NCBI RefSeq assembly: GCF_009914755.1
Contig: NC_060932.1
Source: the human T2T-CHM13v2.0 reference genome, Homo sapiens
Length of the DNA stretch: 64,000 nt
Strand: one strand, 5' to 3'
In this document: one piece after another, positions 18,493 through 47,799 of the stretch
Layout of the letters: every line of letters begins with the position of its first letter
Numbering within the stretch: position 1 is the stretch's first letter
Position numbers and translations under genes: made by a program
Notes under the pieces: model-generated
What the model was told of the DNA's origin: nothing
Database searches by the model: none
The model's input: the letters and a program-made list of their open reading frames with translations, nothing else

Positions 18493-19232
18493 ATCAGCAA
18501 AAAGATCAACTAATGTCTGTCATTATTTGAAATTGGTAATGGTTGCAATGGTCATTATAAAATGAATTATTTATATGTGTGTGGGGGAAAAATAAAATGT
18601 GAACAGAAATTATTTGGACACATGAATTACTAGATTATCATAGGCTTATGTGTATAATATTCAGAGAGCAAAATGTTTTCTAAGTTTCAAGTTTACCTTT
18701 TCTCTCATAGCATAAGTCTTTTAGGAAAATGTATGCCCTTTGAATAACCATTTCATGGTTATTATCAAAATATACCAAAGGTCTAAATGAAGACTATAAT
18801 ATTTTTAATGTTACCCATACCTCCCATTTTATTGCATATGGTACAAAATAGGGCTTCCCAACCATTGTCACATCATAATACACACTGAAAATTACCAAAT
18901 TTGTCACACTTGGGGAATAGGTGTCCAACGATGCAGACAGTGGTAGCAGATCCTCTGTATGAAGTTTTCATATGCAATTTACAAAGAAAGCCAGCAAACT
19001 GTTCAGATATCATTTCAGCAGGAGTAAACATTTGAATGAGAGTTTAAATATTCTGAATTTTTATCACTGAAAAATTTATCATTACCAATATCTTTAGCAT
19101 GTTTGTAACAAATATATTGATTTTCCACAGCCAAATGATACTACAGAACTGTACACAAACATTTTGTAAGTCATTCTTTTGTGTATAATGTACTCTATGA
19201 AAAGTAGGGATAGGCATGAGCATTTTTGGTAA

Positions 19233-24090
<4,858 letters not shown>

Positions 24091-24451
24091 AAAAGCTTTG
24101 TGTTTCTCAAAACTCAAAAACTCATAAGACAATATGTAAGAGCCGTTCATTTTGCTACATATGAATTATACCTCAATGAAAAATATTAAAAGGCAAAAAA
24201 GCTATATGAAAGGCAAAAATAAAAATAATTCATAATTCTACCACCTTAATATTTGAGCCATTTTACCAGATTGCATGTAATTTCTTTCTGCTGTTTAGTG
24301 ATGTTTTGTAAAAATAAAGTATTGTAAGTATGTAGCAATAAGCAGCAATGGCATTTTGACTCTAGATATCGCTATCATTTTCAGAGAGTTTGCAATGTAT
24401 AAAATGTGCTGAATTCTTAAGGTTTTAAATTCCAATTTTAGGTCTAACAGA

Positions 24452-25998
<1,547 letters not shown>

Positions 25999-26009
25999 AA
26001 CCTCAATAA

Positions 26010-27030
26010 GATTTAATTCAAGTACTGTACAATTCAACTATTTAAAATGTACAATCAACTGGCTTTCAGTAGATTCAGAGTTGTGTGACTATCACCACAA
26101 TCAATTTTAGATCATTTCCATCACTTCTAAAAGAAAACCTGTGTGAATTCATGAACAACAAAAAATATGGTACACACACAGTGGAATATTATTCAGCCTT
26201 AAAAAGGAAGGAAACTCTAACATGTTACAACATGGATGAAACTGGAAGATGTTTGGCAAAGTGAAATAAGCCCATCACAAATGGACAAATACTGTTTGAT
26301 TCTATTTACATGAGGTACCTGGAGTAGTCGAATTCAAGGAAGCAAAGACTGATGGTTGCCAGGGGATGAGGAAGAGAAGAATGGGGAGTTGTTTAATGTG
26401 TATGGAGTTTCAGTTTGGGAAAATGAAAACAGTTCTACAGATAGTGGTGATGAGTGCACAGTGTGAACGTAGGTAGTGTAACTACACTTTAGGATGGTTA
26501 AAATTGTATATTTTATGTATATTTTACCACAATTTAAAAAGAACAAGAAATCCCATACGCATTAGCAATCATTCTGCATTCTCAACCAACCTCTGGGCAA
26601 CCACAAATCTGCTTTCTTTCCTTATGGATTCGCCTATTCTGGACATTTCATATAAACAAAATTACACAACATATGGCCTTTTGTGTCTGGCTTCTTACAT
26701 AGTGTTTGCCAGGTTCATCCATGTTGTAGCATGTATTAGTGCCTCATCACGTTTTATGGCCAAAACCATTCCATTGTATGGCTTACACCACAGTTATCCA
26801 TTAATCGGTGATGGGCATTCATATTGTTTCCACTTTGGGGCTACTATGAATAATACTATGAACATTCGTGTAGAAGTCTCTGTGTGAACATATGTTTTCA
26901 ATTCTCTTGGGTGTATTTATAAATACCTAAGAGTGGAATTACTGGATCATAGGGTAACTTTATGTTGAGTCCTTCGAGGGAATACTGGAATGTCTTCTAA
27001 AGTGACTAGACATTTTGCATTCCCTGAAGC
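26010..27030. mobile_element. Antisense L1M 3' end with a nested sense L1M 3' end (about 26140-26540)
   Basis: Sense GGAATATTATTCAGCCTTAAAAAGGAAGGAA...TTTTACCACAATT inside antisense TTCATCCATGTTGTAGCATGT...GGATCATAGGGTAAC. Confidence 0.8.
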
Positions 27031-27236
27031 AGCGTTTTGAATTTTTTAAACATAACATCATTTGCCTGAGATAACAACAAAAACCAAACGTAGACCTATT
27101 TTTTCTCTGCTTCGCTGGGAGGGAGCAAGAGTGAAGCTATTAAAACGTAAGGGAACAAGCCCGGCTAGTTCCCCTGCTGACCCGAGGGCGCGGGCGGTCC
27201 CGGCAGGCCCCGCGACGCAGCCAACGGCCGGGACGT

Positions 27237-27250
27237 GCGCGCATGCGCGC
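27237..27250. promoter_or_regulatory. NRF1 binding palindrome GCGCGCATGCGCGC
   Basis: Perfect 14-bp palindrome containing the NRF1 core GCGCATGCGC, just upstream of exon 1. Confidence 0.75.
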
Positions 27251-27312
27251 TAGGACTCCGCTCCGCCTACGCTGCAGGCGGAGAGCAACCGCCAAGCTTG
27301 GTGGGAGTCAAG
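27251..27312 (+). other. MCMDC2: MCMDC2 non-coding exon 1 (start approximate)
   Basis: Consensus donor AAG|GTGAGT at 27312/27313 inside the CpG island. No ATG in the exon. Confidence 0.75.
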
Positions 27313-28119
27313 GTGAGTGCAAAGCACTACAGCGCTGGGGTCCCACTAACTCGAGGTCACCGCTGTCAGTGGGAGGGGTCCTCATGAGTCTGGACTCGCT
27401 TTCATCCGCTTTGGTTGTGAAGTGTTTTCCTGCAGTCTTCCCCTCACCAGTTCATCCCCGGTGCTGACAGGGCACGGAGAGAAGACAGAATCCGCGCCTG
27501 TTCCACGTGCAGCAACACTCGGCGTTCGTTAGACTAAGGGAAGACAGGGAGTTAGAATTTTATCCCTGTTCCCTCACTTAACGCTTTTCCACAGGCTTCT
27601 ATGTCTTTTCCCGACTTAATATGCCTCCGTGAAAACGCGTCCACTCCCCAGGGCCTCCGCTTTACGCAGTGACACCCAGACTTAGCTCTAACTCTTTTGA
27701 TGCCACCGAACTCCAGGCCCTGATTTATGGCCCCCTCCTGCTTACATCTATCAGGGAATCCCAAGAGTCCTCAAAGTCAGGATATCTCAAGGGAACTTTT
27801 CCTCATGTCCTTAACACTTCTCCTTGGGCTCTGTATTTCCATTAGAGCAGCAGCATCCACCCATACCCATATTAAAACCCCACTTAGCTTTCGATTACTC
27901 TTCTGCGTATTGTAGACTGATCACCAGGTCCAGTGTGCAATCTTTAAAATTCTAGAATCGATCTCCTCCATTCCATTTCGTTCCTAATGCCCTGGATCAG
28001 GCCATCCAACTTGTAGGAATATCCCAATAGGTAGAAACTGATTATCAGCTCTCCCGCTATTCCAACCTACTTTCCACATTGGCAGCAGGCACAGGTTTCC
28101 AAAATAAAAATCTGACTAT

Positions 28120-30414
<2,295 letters not shown>

Positions 30415-30533
30415 TCATTGGGTAGGAATGTTTTTAAGTTGGAAATTTTGCCTAGTTTTAGTTCACTGTCAACTTTAATAATTTGTAAAGTCTTATTAGA
30501 GATTTTCAAAAATAAAATTAATTTTATTTCTAG

Positions 30534-30621
30534 GTTTTCACATCCTTTCTATGAGTTTCGCCATCTATAGCTTTTATCAACAATTGTGGTTTAATCAATT
30601 AGAAATATTAACCAGGAGAAA
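30534..30621 (+). other. MCMDC2: MCMDC2 exon 2, 5'UTR part
   Basis: ATTTTATTTCTAG|G acceptor upstream of the start ATG at 30622. Confidence 0.75.
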
Positions 30622-30715
30622 ATGTCAAATCTAAAAATGAAAGAGGCGGCCCTCATCTATCTTGACAGAAGTGGAGGCCTCCAAAAGTTTATAGATGATT
30701 GCAAGTACTACAATG
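30622..30715 (+). CDS. MCMDC2: MCMDC2 exon 2 CDS (MSNLKMKEAALIYLDRSGGLQKFIDDCKYYN)
   Basis: Recognised N-terminus. Donor G|GTACGT, phase 1. Confidence 0.93.
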
Positions 30716-30806
30716 GTACGTTCAGCAAAGGTGAGTTATTTTTAAAACTTTCAAATAAACTCCTACACATAGCTATCCTGACTTTTACATTTGTATATTT
30801 TCATAG

Positions 30807-30937
30807 ATTCAAAACAAAGCTATGCTGTCTATCGATTCAAAATTTTAATAAATCCCTCTGATGTTGTTGAATTAGATGCTGAGCTTGGAAATCACATTTT
30901 ACACCAACCTTTAAAAGCTGCTGAAGTCTTTCAATCA
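30807..30937 (+). CDS. MCMDC2: MCMDC2 exon 3 (DSKQSYAVYRFKILINP...AAEVFQS)
   Basis: CATAG acceptor and GTAAGT donor, frame continuous. Confidence 0.93.
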
Positions 30938-31007
30938 GTAAGTCAAAAAAAGAAATAATTTTATGCCACATGGAATTTTTGGTAACTTTTTTTGTTTGAA
31001 ATCACAG

Positions 31008-31067
31008 GTCTGTTTTATTGCTGTTAAGACTCTCTCATTAATTGGACAATTGCAGACTGAAACGCAA
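31008..31067 (+). CDS. MCMDC2: MCMDC2 exon 4 (VCFIAVKTLSLIGQLQTETQ)
   Basis: CACAG acceptor and GTAAGT donor, 60 nt. Confidence 0.92.
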
Positions 31068-31204
31068 GTAAGTTTTAGTTACATTTAAGCAAACTCAGGT
31101 ACAGATTTACATGATGACTTGTAAAAAAATATTTTTATATTCATAGACTTTTTATTTAAAAGGATACTACTTTTTTTCAAAATTCAATAGAATATCTTAC
31201 ATAG

Positions 31205-33539
<2,335 letters not shown>

Positions 33540-33829
33540 CTGGTTGACATTGTTTTTTAAGTCTTTTCAGTGGATATGGTCAGAAATTGTGTATATTTAA
33601 GGAAAAATTTAAAGTTCATAATGCTATTTTCAATTAAAATATTAGATTACAGGATTTTTACTTCTTTAATTTTATACTTGAATGTTGTTTCTCTAATGCT
33701 TAAAATTTTGGTTCCTAAGAACAATAACATATCATTACTTGACTTTCTTTATAATATACTTACTATATTGTAATACAAGTCAAATTGGATTTGCAATTTT
33801 CATTAATACCATTTTTATGTTCTTATTAG

Positions 33830-34025
33830 ATTAATATAGTGCTGAAATTAACACATTTACCTCCCCTGCCAAGTTATGGTCTTGATCTTTGTGAGTTTCC
33901 ACTTGATTATACATCTCAGAGATTTTATATGATGCAAGGAATTGTGATTGCAATGACAACTATAACCAAGTATACACAAGGGGCAAGATTTCTTTGTTCA
34001 GATGAAGCATGCCCTCTTTCAAAAG
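33830..34025 (+). CDS. MCMDC2: MCMDC2 exon 5 (INIVLKLTHLPPLP...FLCSDEACPLSK)
   Basis: TTAG acceptor and G|GTAAAT donor. Start of the OB-fold and first Cys pair of an MCM-type zinc finger. Confidence 0.94.
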
Positions 34026-34068
34026 GTAAATGTTAAATAGGAAAATCAAAGCATTAAGCAATTGGCTA

Positions 34069-34236
<168 letters not shown>

Positions 34237-35054
34237 TCAAGACACTGAGTTGGGAGGATTGCTTGGGCCAGGGAGGTCGGGGCTGCAGTGAGCTGTGTTC
34301 ATGCCACTATACTCCAGCCTGGATGACAAAGAGTGACCCTGTCTAAAAAAAAAAAAAAAAAAAAATTGAACAATTTATTGTTTAATCCTAAATCATATTT
34401 ACAATTAGTTATAAAACACAAAATAGAAAAAAATTGAATAAAAATTTTATGTCTCCTAATGTTTATATATTTACTTTGCATAATCTTGAAATGCATTTTT
34501 TCTCCTTTTCTCCCCCGCCCCCATCTTAACAAGTGCACCTATATTGCTGAAGTACTTGCTCTTCTCACACATTATTTCATGACGTTGTGAGTGAAACGTT
34601 TAATGTCCTCTCTCAACCCTTTGGCTTAACTTCAGTTTAGTCCTTCTGCAGGACTTCAAAATTATCCCCACCACCTCTAATTGGGTTGATTGACCCTCCT
34701 CTCTTCTCTCTGAACACGCTGCAAATGAATACCACAGGTGGAAATTATCTGTTTCTCACTGCCACATATAGAAATTGTGTGCTTAAGCATCCATATTGCC
34801 AGTGCCTTAGCACAGTGCCTTGCAAAAAACAGCTGTTAACTGTTAATTGAACTACCCTGAACCCAAGTGCAAAACTGAATTAATTCCGTTTTGAATTAGA
34901 CTAATTTTAAAGGACTGTAATAGCTACAATCTGTGTCAGTAATAAAAGAAAAAAGAAAATATAAAATTAAAAATTAAAAAATGACAACAACAAAAGAAAC
35001 AAAATAGATAGCTAAATCTGAAAGCAAATGTATGTTACCACTGTTTTCTTTCAG

Positions 35055-35177
35055 GATTTCAGTATATAAGAGTGCATGTGCCTGGTGCTACAGAATCTGC
35101 AACGATAAGAAATGACTTTTTGTGTAATCTATGTGCATCTTCACTTCAAGAAGACAGAAAATTTAGAGTACTTGGTG
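35055..35177 (+). CDS. MCMDC2: MCMDC2 exon 6 (GFQYIRVHVPG...FLCNLCASSLQEDRKFRVLG)
   Basis: TTTCAG acceptor, G|GTAATA donor, second CxxC pair. Confidence 0.93.
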
Positions 35178-35295
35178 GTAATATGCATTTATATTTTGTA
35201 ATTATAATTTTTAAAATAGTGTCTGATATTTCAATATGGAAATTAAATTGAATATATATTCTAATATCTAATTATTTTTTGCTCTTTGCTTTAAG

Positions 35296-35400
35296 ATAAA
35301 CAAATAGTTGAAATAATTGCCACAAAGGCACTTCGTGCTTTTCAAGGATATTCTAACAACCAGCCATTTAGGTTTCAATCACTTACAATTTTCCTAAGAG
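35296..35400 (+). CDS. MCMDC2: MCMDC2 exon 7 (DKQIVEII...QSLTIFLR)
   Basis: TTAAG acceptor and G|GTAAGT donor, frame continuous. Confidence 0.93.
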
Positions 35401-35841
35401 GTAAGTGAATTCTGTTTGAACTAAAAAAAAATTGCTATAAATATGTAATTGGCTGGGCACAGTGGCTGGCTCATGCCTGTAATCCCAACACTTTTGGAGG
35501 CTGAGGTGGGAGGATCACTTGAGGCCAGGAGTTTGAGACTAGCTTAAGCAATATAGTGAGACCCCATCTCTACAAAAAATTAAAAAATAAAAAATTAGCT
35601 AGATGTGGTGGCATGTGTCTGTAGTCCTAGCTACCTGGGAAGCTAAGGTGGGAGGGTGGGAGGATCGCCTAAGCCCAGGAGTTGGAGGCTGCAGTGAGCC
35701 ATGATGGTGCCACTGCACTCCAGTCTGGGCAACAGAGAGACACCCTGTCTCAAAAAAATAATAATAACAACAAAATAATAAATGAAAAGCTGGCCAGGCG
35801 CGGTGGCTCACACCTGTAATCCCAACATTTTGAGAGGCCTA

Positions 35842-36114
<273 letters not shown>

Positions 36115-37329
36115 TTATAAATGGCACTTCTATAGCTTAAGAATCACAAGTCTTCTAATTCTTGAGTGTTTTAAAAGAGTCATATTTAGTTAATATTATC
36201 AATTATTCATTCAGTCATACAACACTCACTTAAAATGATATTAGGACCTAATGTGTCCCAAGCACTGAGCTAAGTCCCAGGGTCACAGTTATTTTAAGAC
36301 AATGGGATCTCCTATTATTCTGTGTGTGTGTCTTACATAAATATTGGAGTTATTGTTCAGCTCTCTGGGGCTAGAGAGAAAAGAGAAAAAAAGGAAGACC
36401 ACTCTGATCTTCACAGAGATAAGTTAACCCTTGCTCCTCCCTGTAAACCTTTCTTTCATAGCTTTACAACCAACCAACTTCTAACTGTGGAATGGAGGAT
36501 CAAAATTTTTAGTATGTTTTTTAAAATAAATTTTGAACTCATCCAAAGTGTTGCCCAAGCTCTAGGTATGAGAGAGGAACCTAGTATAATGCAAGAGGGT
36601 AGACTTTGAGGGTAGGCAAACCTAAATGTGAATTTCAGTTCTGCTTCTTACTAGTTATTTAGCCTTGTGCAAGCCATGTAACCTCTCAGTTTCTTAATAT
36701 ATAAAGTACAGATAAGAATATCTTACATGCTGGGCATGGTGGTTTACACCTGTAATCCCAACACTTTAGGAGGCTGAGGCAAGAGGATTGCTTGAACACT
36801 AGAATTTGAGGTTACAGTGAACTGATTGTGCCACTGCACTACAGCCTGGGCAACAGAGCGAGACTTTGTCTCAAAAACAAACAAAAAGCCATATTTTATA
36901 GGTTAAATAATGTTTTTACAAGTACTTACATGTATTGTAGACAGGAAAATTATTTTCCTCTCAAATAAAATTATCACTTATAAGGTCATTTTTATTAACA
37001 TTCCTTTTCATTGAATAGAAAAATGTTTCATCTTATATGGAATAATTTTATTTTCTTTTGACCATATTATAGAAGAGTGTCTAGTTGCTATATCACATGC
37101 TTCTTGAAGTTAATTCATCATAGCACATAAGAATAAAAATTTATCAGCAATAAAATTGCATCAGATTATATTATTAGTGTCACTCTATATGGATATTATC
37201 CTAAACAAAAGTAAATACTCCTAACTCAACTACTGAATTGTTTTACTAGTTCTGGATCTTTGAACCATATGTTCATGTACAAAGTTCATTTAGTGAATAT
37301 GTATTTTCTTCTGTCTTTAATAATTTTAG

Positions 37330-37455
37330 ATGAATCAGTGAATAAAATGAATATAGGAAATGAATATAAAATTATTGGAATTCCAACCTGTGTAAAAACC
37401 TCACAAACTGCTGTCTGTATAGAAGCAAATAGCATAACTTTTTGTAATTCAAAAG
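37330..37455 (+). CDS. MCMDC2: MCMDC2 exon 8 (DESVNKMNIGNEYKIIGIP...TFCNSK)
   Basis: TTTTAG acceptor and G|GTAAGG donor. Resembles the MCM OB-fold GDxVxxxG region. Confidence 0.93.
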
Positions 37456-37950
37456 GTAAGGAAAATTTTAGTATTATATATTAACAAATATTTAAATTTA
37501 AATCTATTTGTTCAGCAGATAAGTATTGTTTGCCTATGTGCTAGGCATTCCTCTAAGCACTAAGAATACAGTTGTAAACAGGACAGTCAAGGTTTCTGTT
37601 CTTAAGTCACATGGCAGACAGTCAATATACATATAAAGTAAGCAAAAGACAATTTCAGATAATAAGTACATGAAGGAAATAAAACAGGATAATGTTGTGG
37701 AAACTTTCTAGCATATAGGACTTATTTCTTTGGGCTAAGCCTTATTTTAATTTTTTAAATAATTAATAATGAGAAAAATGTTTCAAGGTTAGAGATTAGT
37801 CAAAGGATTTTTCTATACCACTAGCCAAGGCAATTCTGGGTTAACTTTTGTGGTCTGAGAAGGAGAGCTCAATAAAGTAGCATCCTTGGCTGGGCGCTGT
37901 GGCTCACGCCTGTAATCCCAGCACTGTGGGAGGCCGAGGCAGGCAGATCA

Positions 37951-38198
<248 letters not shown>

Positions 38199-38420
38199 TC
38201 AACTGAATTCTGAACCAAATCAAGAAATAAGATAAAGGCAGATGAGGACCAAAATATCACCTTTATTACTGATAATTTCCTTTAACAACTCCAACATGCG
38301 TTAGCATTATGTAAACAAAAGTGGAGAGCAGACCTATTCTTTTAACTTGGCTCACAAGTATCTAAATATAGAAAAGGCTGATTAAATCTTGAATAGAGTT
38401 GGATTTTTTTGTAATCCGTA

Positions 38421-39171
<751 letters not shown>

Positions 39172-39992
39172 CTGTGGATAATCATCAGTAGTAATAGAGA
39201 CCCAAGTTGAATTTAAATGCAAGTAGATTCTAAATACTTCTACTTACTTGAAGAGAAAAGCTTCTTAAAAAAACAAAAATGTTAAAGAAAGAAAGCACTG
39301 ATGAATTATAGAGGGTTTAGTGATCTTTTAAATATTTTCTGCTAAGTGTTTAAAAATTTATTGATTTGGTAGCAGAACATGACTTTTCTGTAGGTGGAGA
39401 GTGTGCTTTCTTATGCTGAACTCCAGAATGAGATGTATTTAACTACCCAAATGTGGCAAGAGCTGGACTAAAGTAGGCCTCTCTTAGTCCATGGGCATGG
39501 ATGAGTTAGAGGAAATCACTGCTTTTTGATGGCAGCCCAGAAAGAAGGAGAATGGGACTAGGTTATACATGCACAGCTGTTCCACCCAAATTACCAATTG
39601 GATAAATCACTCATTCCTTTCAGGAGGTGGAGAGTGAGAGGATGGAGAAGATCTAGAATTTTACAGTATACTACAGTACAGCACTTTCAAAGTAGTGGAA
39701 TATAAATCTTTCCATTTAACAGCAACATTCAAATATTTCCCATTCTGCTTATTATTCCTCTCTGAAGGTGATACATAGAAATATAGGAGCAAACACAGCA
39801 ATGCAGGCGCTCTATGATCTGGTTTGCTCACATAGATCTTAAAAGGAGAAGAATGAGGGATTTGCCTACAACCCACAGCCAATCTATGTGGACACAAAGG
39901 GTGACTTCTTCCTTCTATTACGTTCCTTGAGGTAGAAATGGTAAACTAGCATGACCTCGAATCATAATTTAATATCATTCTAAGAATTTAAA

Positions 39993-40119
39993 GGCCAAGC
40001 ACGGTGGCTCAGGCCTGTAATCATAGCACTTTGGGAGGTCAAGGCAGGGGAATCAATTGAGGCCAGGGGTTCAAGACCAGCCTGGGAAACATAACAAGAT
40101 CCTGTCTCAAAAAAAAAAA
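39993..40119 (+). mobile_element. Free left Alu monomer (FLAM-like)
   Basis: Single monomer with poly-A, flanked by AAGAAT. Confidence 0.85.
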
Positions 40120-40237
40120 GAATATGGTATTATTGGAACTATAATTTGATAACATTTTAGATAAAGGGAGTCAAATATCTATAATGTTGTCTTGTTTTAA
40201 AACCCTTTCTAATATATATGTTAATATTTACTTTCAG

Positions 40238-40475
40238 TTCCTTCAGGAATTAGTGACAACTTCAGGTGTCTCCTCTCCTTAACTTCCAGCTCATGCTGGA
40301 AGTTTACAGCAATACTTGCCAATATCTTTGCATCACAAATTACCCCTCCTGGGACTTACAATTTGCTCAAGCTCTGTTTGTTGATGAGTCTAGTACAGAC
40401 AACTGACCGTAACAAGGAACTGGAAGATTGCCTGGATATTTTAATTATAACAAGTGATACTCTACTCATAGACAG
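40238..40475 (+). CDS. MCMDC2: MCMDC2 exon 9 (VPSGISDNF...LDILIITSDTLLIDR)
   Basis: TTTCAG acceptor and AG|GTATAT donor. Covers the degenerate Walker A position. Confidence 0.93.
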
Positions 40476-41265
40476 GTATATATGTGACATGAATTTTTAC
40501 AAATATTAATTGGTCACAGATTTGCATACATCCTTTCCATGAGCATTATTACAAGAAGAATATTTAGAATTTTTCTGAGCCAGTATAAGTATTTAAATCA
40601 ATCTTTATCAATAAAATTCAAAACCTTTGAAAGATAAATTGATAAGTGATAAGTTGAATTACTCCAATTTTCAACCTATTTCCCCACTCAGACCTTTGTA
40701 AATAAATACATCCTTCCCAGCCTTCCTTTCCCCCTATTCCCTAGCTCTGTATTCTCTTTCTGTACTTTGTTTTGAATAGTCTTCCCCCTAAGGAACAAAC
40801 TAACCATTTTCTTATTTTTCTTCAATATTCCATCAATAATATTGACTCACTGCATCCAGATAAGGCTGTCAGAAGTGCCATAATTACTATCTGGGGGGAA
40901 CATCATCCTAACTTTGGAGTAAGCCTCTATTTAGCATTTTGTGGCTCCCCACTAGCAAGTACCCTTTCCTTAAAACTTGCTTAAATATTCACAAAGTTAG
41001 AAATAAGCTCCCTATTTAGTATCTTGTATGCAAATCCAAAGCAAAAAATAAATTTACAAAATGAATTTAAAATAGAAAAAAATAAAATTGAAATTAACAA
41101 TAATTTAATTGAACAGATTATGTTTTGCTAAAATTAAATTGCCACTGGTGATGTAAATATGGTACCAAATGCCGAGATTGTACCACTTTATTCTTCTACT
41201 GACAGAATTTTTTTCCTCACAGCCTCACCAGCTCTGGGTATTATCAAACTTATATTTTTGTTATC

Positions 41266-41863
<598 letters not shown>

Positions 41864-42094
41864 TTAATTTGCATTTATTTAATTGGAAATAATTTTTGCA
41901 TCATATAAAACTTATTAAACATGTATTATTTTTCTATGAACCTCCCATTCTTGATCATTGTTGTTTTTATTATGTTGTTTATCTATTTATTATTGATTTG
42001 TGATGCATGTAAATTAAGGCCTTTCTTTTTCTGTTTGCCATTAACCTTTAGACTTTTTAAATGATATTTGGGGCTGTGTGAGAGATTGGTTTGT

Positions 42095-45215
<3,121 letters not shown>

Positions 45216-45284
45216 TCAGTAGTTTTAAAAGTTCCTTAGCCAGTTCCAATGTGTAGCCAAATTTGAGGCTCATTGTTCCATATC

Positions 45285-45461
45285 ACTAAGTGCTCAGCCT
45301 AGCTGCCTATTAGAATCACCTGGGAGAATTTTTAAAAAATATTTATCACTGTGTCTCACCCCCAGAGTTTCTAATTTAAGTGGTTTGGGGTGGCACTTGG
45401 CATTGGAATTTGTTAAATCTCCCCAGGTAAGGTTAGTGCAGGCTGTGGTTGAGAACCACTC
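45285..45461. mobile_element. MER5A-like hAT-Charlie MITE
   Basis: TTAGAATCACCTGGGAG ... CTCCCCAGGT ... TTGAGAACCACT. Confidence 0.75.
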
Positions 45462-45834
45462 CTTATAGGCTTGCAAAGGTTTCTTTCTAAATATCGCTCT
45501 CTCTCTCTCATTTTATATATCTTCAAACATCCAAATTCCTTAGAATAGAACATGCGCTAGATATATTTTATACCATCTACCTATCCACATCTCACTCTTT
45601 TGCACTGCATGTCTATGCCTACTTTTGTATCACCCCCTTTTGTGTCACATGTCTATGTCTACTCATCATAGGTGATTGCACTAGGAAGCTGTAATTTCTG
45701 TGGCAAGGATTTGAAAGCTAAGCTAAGGTAATCATATTCCTTTTTCAGAATTTAAATTTGGGATATGAAGAGACTGAGGCAATTAGCAAAGAGGTTAGAA
45801 ACCAAAATGACATATCAGCAAATGCCATGAGACA

Positions 45835-47210
<1,376 letters not shown>

Positions 47211-47345
47211 ATATATATTTTTATCCCTAGCACAATAGCTGGTGTATCACAGGTGCTCAGTAAACACAGAATAAAATTAAATTTAATACATTGTGACTTT
47301 TGAAAATTAAATAATAGTAATGAAAAGTTTATTTTTTTTCCCTAG

Positions 47346-47551
47346 GCTTCTGAATTTTAGCATAAACCTTGTCCCCCGTGGTATACGTCATCTAGTCTCT
47401 ACTGAAATTTTTCCCACTCTATCCAGGAATAAGTATGGAACTGGAGCAGTTAGCATTCAGGCTGGCAGTGCTTTGCTAGCTAAAGGTGGTATCTGCTTTA
47501 TAGGAGACTTGGCTTCACACAAAAAAGATAAACTTGAACAGCTTCAAACAG
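47346..47551 (+). CDS. MCMDC2: MCMDC2 exon 10 (LLNFSINLVPRG...AGSALLAKGGICFIGDL...QLQT)
   Basis: CCCTAG acceptor and G|GTAAAC donor. MCM-box-like AGxxxLAxGGIC motif. Confidence 0.95.
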
Positions 47552-47799
47552 GTAAACAATATTTTTTAAATTAATTTTCACCCGTTTAACCTATACTCTC
47601 ATCCATGTTGAGATACTTAACAGTTAAGATAGTATTGCAGTTGTTTGAGGGTTTAAGAAATTATGTTAGATGGCATTTCTTATTTTGGTTTTATAAGCTA
47701 AACAGAAATTTAATGTGCAAATGCCCAGTTTTAGCCTTTGCTCTCAGTGTGCTAACACATGAGCTTGTAATGGTCCAGATTTATTTCCTCTTCTTGTCT

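Larger units (their letters stand above)
27170..27680 (+). promoter_or_regulatory. MCMDC2: CpG-rich promoter region of MCMDC2
   Basis: Only CpG-dense non-repeat stretch in the window. GC box GGGCGG near 27192, MYB-type CAACGG at 27222, NRF1 palindrome at 27237-27250, E-box CACGTG at 27504. Confidence 0.85.

Noticed and set aside
27062-27467. ORFs of 63 and 74 aa across the promoter, one starting at the ATG in the NRF1 palindrome
   Set aside because: The ATG at 27243 is at or upstream of the likely TSS, and the ORF runs through the exon 1 donor. A CpG-island artefact.
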